Below, one piece after another: positions 18,082 to 25,818 of a DNA stretch of 32,000 bases (positions are counted from its first letter, which is position 1; every line of letters starts with the position of its first letter). The notes under the pieces are model-generated. The model did no database searches, was not told the origin of the DNA, and worked only from the letters and a program-made list of their open reading frames with translations. The position numbers and the translations under genes were made by a program. The stretch comes from Geotalea uraniireducens Rf4 (lineage in GTDB: Bacteria; Desulfobacterota; Desulfuromonadia; Geobacterales; Geobacteraceae): positions 90,001 through 122,000 of the forward strand of contig NC_009483.1 of NCBI RefSeq assembly GCF_000016745.1, given 5' to 3'.

Positions 18082-21000
18082 ATGATCAAGAACGGCATAA
18101 AAAGATTTTTCATAAAGGGTGAAGATGCGATGAAGATACGGACTGTTATGACTATTTTTCCGGGTAGAGTGTTAAAAGGGTTGACAGCACTGGCGATTGC
18201 CTGGGCAATAAGCTTGACCCCTTTACCATCAGGTGCCGTTGATCTCATGCACAACAGTGATCCCAGTGGGGGTACCGGCTCGACAAAATGGGCAGCCCAG
18301 GGAGGATGGGGGGTGACCGGCGGCAAGTACGGCAAGTTTGAATGCTCTACCTGTCATGAACCGAATAAAAAGCCGAACATCAAGAATGTCCGTCGTGTAA
18401 TTACCACCCGGAACGGCGAGAACTGGCCCAACGGCTCATCTTCTGCCGCCATATCGTTCAGCAACGTGACCAGCATGGGCGAGGATACCGGCGGCCACTC
18501 AACCTCCAGCCGCATCTGCGAAGCCTGTCACAGCCAAAACAAATTCCATAATGCAAATACTGCAAACAATATAGCAAACGGTGGAAACCTCAGCCACCCG
18601 ACTCCCAAGGCCATATGCACCTCCTGTCACAAGCATAACACCGGCTTCAAGGCCGCCTGCGGCGGTTGCCACGGCAATCCACCCACGGAAGCGGTCATTG
18701 GGGGAGACACTGGCCTCGTTGGCACCCCCCGGCCCTCAAATGCGCTCACATCCGGTCATGCCGGTGCCCATGTCACTCACACCGAGACACGGGGCATGGT
18801 CTGCGACACCTGCCATTATATAAACAACGGCGGCATCAAGATGCCGAATCTCAGCAACAGCATCGATATCGGTTTTTTCGGTTTCGGCGGTAAGGTGACA
18901 AGCGGCACCTATGTTCCCTATTCCTCGGCCAATCGCGGCTACCGGGTCGCATCGGGCACTGCCAATACCACCATCGCAACAGTTGTAACCGATTACACCA
19001 CCGCAAATATCTGCTCCAATGTGTACTGTCATGGCGGAGGCGTCAAAGTCGGTGCGACCCAGGTGAAAGTGCCGCTGACCGGCGGAAGTAATCAGAATCC
19101 CCGTTGGGACGCAGCCAGCCAGAACCAGTGCGGCAGTTGCCACGGCACCACACCGGCCACGCCCCCTGCCATGGGGAGCCATGTCAAGCATTCCGGCTCG
19201 ACCGGCTACAGCTTCTCCTGTGATCTCTGCCATCCGGCCATTGACGTAACCCATGTCCAAGGGAGTGTCCGTTGGAGCATGAAGACTTCGGATTCCCGGG
19301 TGGGAGCTGCTGCTGCCTATAAAGCTGCCGGATCTCTTGAAGCATTGCAGCAGGGAGCAACCAATGACCTTGCCCCAAGTGCGGCCTACGGTCAGTGCTA
19401 TAATCTTTACTGCCACAGTAATGGAAAGGGCGGAACGCCACGCCAGGATCCAACGTGGGGTGACGGCAATTATTCCACCGGCTGCACAAACTGCCACGGC
19501 AACAACGCCGGTGCTGTCTCCACCATGGCCAGTAACGGCCACAAAGCCCACGTTGCAAATACAAGTGCCCGCTTTGGCGGGTTTGATTTCCGCTGTCAGG
19601 AATGTCACAACGCTACGGTAAATGCCACCGATACTGCAGTGATATCCACCTCTCTTCATGTCAATGCAGCTGCTGATGTGGCTTGGGGCCCGGACGCATC
19701 GTACGTGCCTAACGGCGGTACGAGCACCCTGCCGTACAATTCGGCCCAAACCTGCACGGTTTACTGCCATTCCAATGGTCAGGGTAAATACAAGGCTCCC
19801 CCGCAGACCTGGAACACTATTGGCGATAACCAGGAGGGGACCATTGAGTGCAATTACTGCCACAACGGCCTGGCTGGCGTGCAAAATCAGATGAGTTCGG
19901 GACGGCATCTGAATCACATCAATGGCGGCCCGCTGCCGCACAGGCCCATTGCCTGTAACTGGTGCCACTCGAACACCGTAGCCTCTAACGGCCAATCGGT
20001 ATACAACGGTACCGATGTCAAGCACATCAACCGCACGATCGACGTCTCGTTCATAAAAATGGCTAATTTCTCCGGAAGTTATAGCACCTCTAACCACGTC
20101 TGTTCAAACACGTACTGTCATACCAACAATGCAACCACCTCTACCCGGGACTGGGATACCACCACGGTCAATACCTGCGGCAACTGCCATGAGGCGAACA
20201 ATACGACCACCGCGTCAGCCACACTGTCACCCGCACACCGCAAACATTACAACAGGTCGACACGTCCTTCCAATACGACTGAGCAGGGGTGGACCAACGT
20301 CAATCTGTCCGCCAGCACCAATATCTTTATGTGCGGTATCTGCCATCCCGGCACTCCGACGACCAGCCACCTTAACGGGCCGCCGGCAGGCGTTACCAAC
20401 GGGTCTGTGGCCGAAGTGGCGATCCGCCTCCCGTTTACGCCCCCTGTCGGTGCCACCAGACCCGAGATAGTAACCCGCGGCACCGGTGTCAATTACGATG
20501 GTCGAGGCTATGGTTATTCTACCGGGACCACCTGCGATACTTACTGCCATTCCGACGGCCGGGGCAACCCGGGAAAACGCAACAGCACCAGCACGCCGAG
20601 GCTGGAATGGACTACCGCCACCGGAGTCGTCTGCGGCAACTGTCATAACCAGTATGGCGATGCTAACCCCACCTGGTCAGGTTCCCATACCAAGCATCTC
20701 TCCGGTTCACGAAGCACCAATGCCACTTGCAACGCCTGCCATGCGGCCACGGCGGCGGACAATACCACTCTGATAGCCGGCAGGCGCGACAAGCATCCCA
20801 ACGGTTTCCGCAATGTGACCGGCAACAGCATTGCCGGTGCCATCCGTTGGGACAGCAGCGTCCAGCAGTGTACCAACGTCTACTGCCATTTCAACAAGCC
20901 CGTTACCTGGGGCGGCTCTCTCCCAGCGGGTTGCATTGGCTGTCACGGCTACAACGCCGGTTCCGGAGACCCGATCGCCACCAAGGGGCACACCGCCCAT

Positions 21001-24000
21001 GTCAACAACACCAGCACCAGATTCGGCAACTTCAACTTCAAGTGCAACGAATGCCACGCTTCAACAGTAAATGCATTTGACAATGTTACTGCTGTCTCGC
21101 TTCATGCCAACAAAGTTAATAATGTGAGCTGGGGTGCCAAGTCAACGGGAGGACTCGCCTACGCAACAAACGGCTGCACGCAGATATACTGCCACTCCAA
21201 CGGCACCGGGGTATACAAGGCGCCGCCGACCACCTGGAACAACATTGCTTCGGGACAGCAGGGAACCATTGAGTGCAATTACTGCCACAACGGCCTGGCC
21301 GGTATCCAGAGACAGATGAGCACCGGGCGGCACATCAACCATATCAATGCCGGACCGCTGCCCCACAGGCCCGTTACCTGCAACTGGTGCCACTCCGGCA
21401 CCGTAGCCTCCAACGGCCAATCGGTATACAACGGTACCGATGTGAAACACATCAACCGCACGATTGACGTATCCTTCATCAAGATGGCCAACTTTTCGGG
21501 GAGCTACTCCACCTCGAACCATGTCTGCGCCAATACCTATTGCCATACGAACAATGCGACGACCTCCACCCGTGACTGGGATACCGCGACGGTCAATACC
21601 TGCGGCAACTGCCACGAGGCCAACAATACGACGACAGCGTCAGCCACACTGTCCCCGGCACACCGCAAGCATTACAACAGGTCAACACGTCCTTCCAATA
21701 CGACAGAACAAGGATGGACCAACGTCAACCTGTCGGCCAGTACCAATATCTTTATGTGCGGCACATGCCACCCGGGCAGCCCAACTGAAAGCCATATTAA
21801 CGGTCCCCCCGCAGGTGTCACAAACGGTTCAGTTGCCGAAGTGATTATGCGACCGCCGTTCTCGACGCCCCAGGGTGCCGGACGCCCTGAAATCGTGTTC
21901 CGCGGCACCGGTGTGAACTATGATGGCCGGGGCTATGGCTACTCCACCGGTACATCCTGCGATACCTATTGCCACTCCGACGGACGTGGCGGCCTTGGTA
22001 AACGGAATTACGCAAATACGGCGTTTACTCCGGTCACCAGTGTACTGCGTTGGACAGGCAGGGCTGCCGCCTGTGGAGACTGCCATAACAAGGCCAGTGA
22101 CAATCCGGCAACCACAACCTGGTCACAGCCCCACAACAAGCATGCCAACACCTATGGCAACGGCGGCACCATAGGCAGCAACAACACCACAACCAATAAC
22201 ACATTGGTAACCTGCGCCGCCTGCCATGCATCCACCGCCTCCAGCAATACGGCTCTTGTCTCCGGTAGCCGAGCCAAGCACCCGAACGGCTTCCGCAACA
22301 TATCGGCCAGCAGTACCGTAGGCTCTGCCGCATTCCGCTGGGATCCGGCAAACAACCAGTGCAAGAACGGTTACTGCCACAGCAGAGCCTATTCGTTTAC
22401 CGACTATTCCACCCCCTCGATCAAGTGGGATACGGTACAGGCGGACATTCACTGCGGCAGCTGCCACAACAGCTATCCGGTTGGTCCTGATTATGCCAAC
22501 GGCTATAAGGGAAAGGCCAACAGCCACCCCAAACATGCGGTTTTCTGGGGGTTCACCTGTGACTGGTGCCACAATGGAACCACCACAACCGGCAATACCA
22601 TCACCAACGTCAGAAACCATGTCAACAAGAACTACAACGTTGTGGCCAACGGCACCAAGACCTTTATCGGCAAGGCCAACACCTTCACCGCTACTGCGAC
22701 TACCAATCCGCCGAGCGTGAAGACCACCTGCACCAACGTCAACTGTCACGGCGGCAATACCTCAACCGTCTTCACCTGGGGGGGGACCAACAAGTGCAGC
22801 GACTGCCATCTGACCACCGCCGCCGACACGATCAACTATGCCTTCAAGAACAGCACCATGGCGACTATCAATTCTGTCGAATGGACCTACTCCGGTCATG
22901 GCAAGGCCAGCGGCACATACGACGTGACCGGGTCCAATGCGGCCAATTTCCCCGGAGCGGCCGGCACCGGCGACCCCTGTCTCTATTGTCACGACTACGA
23001 CGTGATCCACGGCGATAGCGGGAACCCGCTCCGTTTGAGAAACTTTGCCGATCCTGCCTGGGGCAAGAACGGCGTCTGTCTCATCTGCCACGCCACGGGT
23101 CAGGGTAACTATGACCCGGACGGCACAGGACCCATGACGGCCAAAGGTGCGAGCAAGAAGATCGACAAGTACCATTACGGCTTGAAGCACTCGACAACTC
23201 TTAACAGTGGCCAGTTCTGCTGGGATTGTCATGACTCCCACGGCGATCGGAACAGCACCAATGCCGGGCCGATTGCCATGGTACATCTGAAGCCTGCCGT
23301 CACCTCTGATGGCGTCACCGGCATACCAACAAGCTTTACGGCGAATAACGTTTCCTTTGTTGCCAGGGCGGCAGCCTCTGACTGGGCCAAAACAGTTGCG
23401 CCTTTCAACGGCATCTGCAACGTCTGCCATACTTATAAGTCTGCCGACCCGAACAAGATGGTGCACTTCACCGCGACCAATTCTGATGCCATCCACAATA
23501 CGACCACGGTCTGCACCCAGTGCCATCTGCATAGCTCTACGACTACCTACGATGGAACCGCATATAAAGGTGATCCTAAGGTCTGCGACGGCTGTCACGA
23601 CGGCAACAATAACGGCGGTCTTTCTCCGGGCATTGCCGGCACTCCTTCCACCAATGCCGGCCATGCCATCCATTACAACCAGGCGACCGTCTTCAACCAT
23701 TACACCGGCAACAACAAGCATACGGCCACAGCCTATGGTTTTGCCTGCAAGAATTGCCATGTGAAAACTCTCGTGAATCACCAGAACGGTGGCACAGCAG
23801 AGATGCTCGGGTCCATAGGCTATGTCCAGGGGGGGACGTCGACCCCGGACGGCCGCGATTACAACTACTATAACGCCGATACCTGCGGCACGAACAGCTG
23901 TCACCAGGATGGCAGGCTCGGAACGCCGCAAACAACCTCATTCGCGTGGTCGGGAACCAGGACATCAAACTGCGGCAAGTGCCATGTCGATATGTCTTCC

Positions 24001-25629
24001 AGCGCTTCTGCTACAGGCAGTCATGTCAAGCATGCCCAGGCATCCGGCATCGCTTATGCCTGCAGCACGTGCCATGGCACGGGGTACGGTTCGACGGCAA
24101 TCTTTAATCCGACCCACGTGAACAACCAACTGACCCTGTCTTTCACCGGCAGCGCAGCAGGCACGACGTACCAGAAGGGGACAAGCTTCCCTCTCGGGAC
24201 AGCCTTCGACACTTGTACCGTCAGCTACTGCCACAGTAGCGTCCAGGGTACCAACGGCAGCGGCGTTCCCACCTCGTACAAGACTACCCCGGCATGGGGC
24301 AACGCGGCGTCTCTCGCCTGCAGCGCCTGCCATACCGACATGACCGCTAGCGGCAGCGGCACCCACCTGAAGCATACTGCCAAGTATGCTTGCGCTACCT
24401 GCCACAGCACTGCCGGGAGCGGCACTGTCAAGCATGCCGACGGCTTCATCGACGTCACATTCAGTGGCGCAGGTGCCGGCTCCGCTTACACCCAGTCGCG
24501 TACGGCAGCAGGGAGCGACGGCTACGGAACCTGCTCCAACATCGCCTGCCACTATAACGGCACAGCCACATGGGGCGTCGGCACCCTCGCCTGTGTCAGC
24601 TGCCATCCGCTGGCGACACTCCAGGCGAATGGCGCCCACGGCAAGCATGTCAGCGCCGTGCCGACCTTCTACAACTTCACCGCCAACCGCTCAACCTTGG
24701 CGGCATACAACTACGGCTGCTCCAACTGCCATCCGCAGGATAGCTTGCTCCACGCCAACGGCAGCGTGAACGTCACGCTGAACGCTGCCAATACCGGTGG
24801 CGGCGGCAATGTGGGTAGCCTGCGAGCAAGGAACAGCGCCACTGCGGACGGCCTTGCCGCCAGCAATGGGCCTTCCGGTATATACGGCACCACCAGGGTG
24901 AGCGTGCGCTGCTCGGCCGCTTACTGTCACAGCAACGGCTACGCCGTCAACCTGAAGTACATGATAACACCCGACTGGTACGGACCTGCCTACACAGGCG
25001 ACAAGTGCGCCATGTGCCACGGCAACTCACCAAACGCCAACGATCCACTCAACCAGCCCGGCTCACCGGCCCATTACAGCAAAAACTTCCTGGGCTTTGC
25101 CAACGTCAGCGGCGGCCACCTGAGGGGTATTCACACGAACCAGATCTTCACAGGGACCATCGGCCTCGCTCCGGCCGGCAACACGGCGACCGGCAGCCAC
25201 GGTAACGCCGGCACGTCAACGACAATTAACTGCAACATCTGTCATAACAAAACGGTTACCAGCAGTGCCAATGACAAGAACGTCGCCTGCGTAGTCTGCC
25301 ACACGGCTCTGCCGAAGAACCCGGCAGACCTGATTGCCGACAAGCGCTTCCATGTCTCCGGGAACGTGGACGTCTCATTCGCCTCAATCAGGGTCAAGTC
25401 CAAGGCCCAGCTCAGGAGCGGCAGCTATGATGCAGCCATCTGGTCCCGCCAGGTGGGCTACAAGGCTTCAGGCGCATACGACGCGGCGTTCAAGACCTTC
25501 ACCACAGCGACCCAGTGGGATAGTGCCACCAAGACCTGTTCCAACATCTCCTGCCACAACGGCAAGACGGTCAAGTGGGGAGATACCGGCGGCACTACTT
25601 CCTGTGCAAGCTGCCACAGCTCGCTCTAG
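18082..25629 (+). CDS. Giant multihaem c-type cytochrome 3 (~2515 aa, ~59 CXnCH motifs)
   Basis: ATG 18082 lies 13 nt after the cytochrome 2 stop, with GAGGGGAAGG just upstream. An alternative ATG at 18130 (MKIRTV..) is possible. Signal peptide ..LTALAIAWAISLTPLPSGA|VDLMHNS. Hand count: 43 CxxCH, 13 Cx4CH and 3 Cx3CH. Stop is TAG at 25627-25629. Confidence 0.92.
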   Translation: MIKNGIKRFFIKGEDAMKIRTVMTIFPGRVLKGLTALAIAWAISLTPLPSGAVDLMHNSDPSGGTGSTKWAAQGGWGVTGGKYGKFECSTCHEPNKKPNIKNVRRVITTRNGENWPNGSSSAAISFSNVTSMGEDTGGHSTSSRICEACHSQNKFHNANTANNIANGGNLSHPTPKAICTSCHKHNTGFKAACGGCHGNPPTEAVIGGDTGLVGTPRPSNALTSGHAGAHVTHTETRGMVCDTCHYINNGGIKMPNLSNSIDIGFFGFGGKVTSGTYVPYSSANRGYRVASGTANTTIATVVTDYTTANICSNVYCHGGGVKVGATQVKVPLTGGSNQNPRWDAASQNQCGSCHGTTPATPPAMGSHVKHSGSTGYSFSCDLCHPAIDVTHVQGSVRWSMKTSDSRVGAAAAYKAAGSLEALQQGATNDLAPSAAYGQCYNLYCHSNGKGGTPRQDPTWGDGNYSTGCTNCHGNNAGAVSTMASNGHKAHVANTSARFGGFDFRCQECHNATVNATDTAVISTSLHVNAAADVAWGPDASYVPNGGTSTLPYNSAQTCTVYCHSNGQGKYKAPPQTWNTIGDNQEGTIECNYCHNGLAGVQNQMSSGRHLNHINGGPLPHRPIACNWCHSNTVASNGQSVYNGTDVKHINRTIDVSFIKMANFSGSYSTSNHVCSNTYCHTNNATTSTRDWDTTTVNTCGNCHEANNTTTASATLSPAHRKHYNRSTRPSNTTEQGWTNVNLSASTNIFMCGICHPGTPTTSHLNGPPAGVTNGSVAEVAIRLPFTPPVGATRPEIVTRGTGVNYDGRGYGYSTGTTCDTYCHSDGRGNPGKRNSTSTPRLEWTTATGVVCGNCHNQYGDANPTWSGSHTKHLSGSRSTNATCNACHAATAADNTTLIAGRRDKHPNGFRNVTGNSIAGAIRWDSSVQQCTNVYCHFNKPVTWGGSLPAGCIGCHGYNAGSGDPIATKGHTAHVNNTSTRFGNFNFKCNECHASTVNAFDNVTAVSLHANKVNNVSWGAKSTGGLAYATNGCTQIYCHSNGTGVYKAPPTTWNNIASGQQGTIECNYCHNGLAGIQRQMSTGRHINHINAGPLPHRPVTCNWCHSGTVASNGQSVYNGTDVKHINRTIDVSFIKMANFSGSYSTSNHVCANTYCHTNNATTSTRDWDTATVNTCGNCHEANNTTTASATLSPAHRKHYNRSTRPSNTTEQGWTNVNLSASTNIFMCGTCHPGSPTESHINGPPAGVTNGSVAEVIMRPPFSTPQGAGRPEIVFRGTGVNYDGRGYGYSTGTSCDTYCHSDGRGGLGKRNYANTAFTPVTSVLRWTGRAAACGDCHNKASDNPATTTWSQPHNKHANTYGNGGTIGSNNTTTNNTLVTCAACHASTASSNTALVSGSRAKHPNGFRNISASSTVGSAAFRWDPANNQCKNGYCHSRAYSFTDYSTPSIKWDTVQADIHCGSCHNSYPVGPDYANGYKGKANSHPKHAVFWGFTCDWCHNGTTTTGNTITNVRNHVNKNYNVVANGTKTFIGKANTFTATATTNPPSVKTTCTNVNCHGGNTSTVFTWGGTNKCSDCHLTTAADTINYAFKNSTMATINSVEWTYSGHGKASGTYDVTGSNAANFPGAAGTGDPCLYCHDYDVIHGDSGNPLRLRNFADPAWGKNGVCLICHATGQGNYDPDGTGPMTAKGASKKIDKYHYGLKHSTTLNSGQFCWDCHDSHGDRNSTNAGPIAMVHLKPAVTSDGVTGIPTSFTANNVSFVARAAASDWAKTVAPFNGICNVCHTYKSADPNKMVHFTATNSDAIHNTTTVCTQCHLHSSTTTYDGTAYKGDPKVCDGCHDGNNNGGLSPGIAGTPSTNAGHAIHYNQATVFNHYTGNNKHTATAYGFACKNCHVKTLVNHQNGGTAEMLGSIGYVQGGTSTPDGRDYNYYNADTCGTNSCHQDGRLGTPQTTSFAWSGTRTSNCGKCHVDMSSSASATGSHVKHAQASGIAYACSTCHGTGYGSTAIFNPTHVNNQLTLSFTGSAAGTTYQKGTSFPLGTAFDTCTVSYCHSSVQGTNGSGVPTSYKTTPAWGNAASLACSACHTDMTASGSGTHLKHTAKYACATCHSTAGSGTVKHADGFIDVTFSGAGAGSAYTQSRTAAGSDGYGTCSNIACHYNGTATWGVGTLACVSCHPLATLQANGAHGKHVSAVPTFYNFTANRSTLAAYNYGCSNCHPQDSLLHANGSVNVTLNAANTGGGGNVGSLRARNSATADGLAASNGPSGIYGTTRVSVRCSAAYCHSNGYAVNLKYMITPDWYGPAYTGDKCAMCHGNSPNANDPLNQPGSPAHYSKNFLGFANVSGGHLRGIHTNQIFTGTIGLAPAGNTATGSHGNAGTSTTINCNICHNKTVTSSANDKNVACVVCHTALPKNPADLIADKRFHVSGNVDVSFASIRVKSKAQLRSGSYDAAIWSRQVGYKASGAYDAAFKTFTTATQWDSATKTCSNISCHNGKTVKWGDTGGTTSCASCHSSL
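19483..22452 (+). repeat. Internal ~1.45-1.5 kb tandem duplication in cytochrome 3 (copy 1 19483-20931, copy 2 20932-22452)
   Basis: Both copies start GC(T/I)(N/G)CHG(N/Y)NAG...H(K/T)AHV(A/N)NTS(A/T)RFG.F.F(R/K)C(Q/N)ECH. Both contain the near-identical block YKAPP.TWN.I....QGTIECNYCHNGLAG.Q.QMS.GRH(L/I)NHIN.GPLPHRP..CNWCHS.TVASNGQSVYNGTDVKHINRTIDVSFIKMANFSGSYSTSNHVC.NTYCHTNNATTSTRDWDT.TVNTCGNCHEANNTTTASATLSPAHRKHYNRSTRPSNTTEQGWTNVNLSASTNIFMCG.CHPG. The offset is 1425 nt in that block. Confidence 0.92.
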
Positions 25630-25791
25630 GAGCCTGTCGGACTTAGGGAATCGTAGCGAGAGAATGGCAAATCGAGGACAGATTTTCGGAAATTTGAGAG
25701 CGAATAGTGGACCTATTTGTCGAAAATTTCCGGAAATATGGACCGATTTGCCATTCTCGCAGTAGATTCATTCCTAAGTCCGACAGGCTCC
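25629..25791. repeat. 163-nt imperfect inverted-repeat element (MITE-like or structured RNA) with 19-nt perfect termini
   Basis: GGAGCCTGTCGGACTTAGG (25629-25647) is the exact reverse complement of 25773-25791. An internal 15-nt arm GAGAATGGCAAATCG (25660-25674) pairs with 25744-25758. Further partial pairing (..TTTTCGGAAATTT.. with ..AAATTTCCGGAAAT..) leads to an apical hairpin AATAG-tggac-CTATT (25703-25717). No plausible coding frame. The first G is the last base of the cytochrome 3 TAG stop. Confidence 0.8.
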
Positions 25792-25818
25792 TGACAGCCC
25801 CGTTTTTTGACGCAAAAA

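Noticed and set aside
20100-21780. High density of N-x-S/T sequons, including one E-A-N-N-T, in the conserved duplicated block of cytochrome 3, which might suggest N-glycosylation.
   Set aside because: The segment is simply very Asn/Thr/Ser-rich, so sequons arise by composition. Only one site fits the extended bacterial D/E-x-N-x-S/T sequon, and no oligosaccharyltransferase is visible. This is not supportable from sequence alone.
8731-22452. Regular ~640-680 nt and ~1.4 kb periodicities, which could suggest a CRISPR-like or satellite array.
   Set aside because: The repeats are long, diverged, in-frame coding modules of the cytochromes. There are no short identical direct repeats with unique spacers and no cas genes.
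7030-25020. Dozens of 60-450 aa ORFs in other frames or on the other strand inside the three cytochrome genes (e.g. 9515..10552 +, 11044..12033 -, 12619..13731 -, 16356..17351 -, 18736..20097 -, 22762..23931 -).
   Set aside because: These are open frames caused by GC-rich, repeat-rich coding sequence. Their translations are Ala/Gly/Arg/Pro/Val-rich without motifs. The annotated frame carries ~150 regularly spaced haem motifs and signal peptides.
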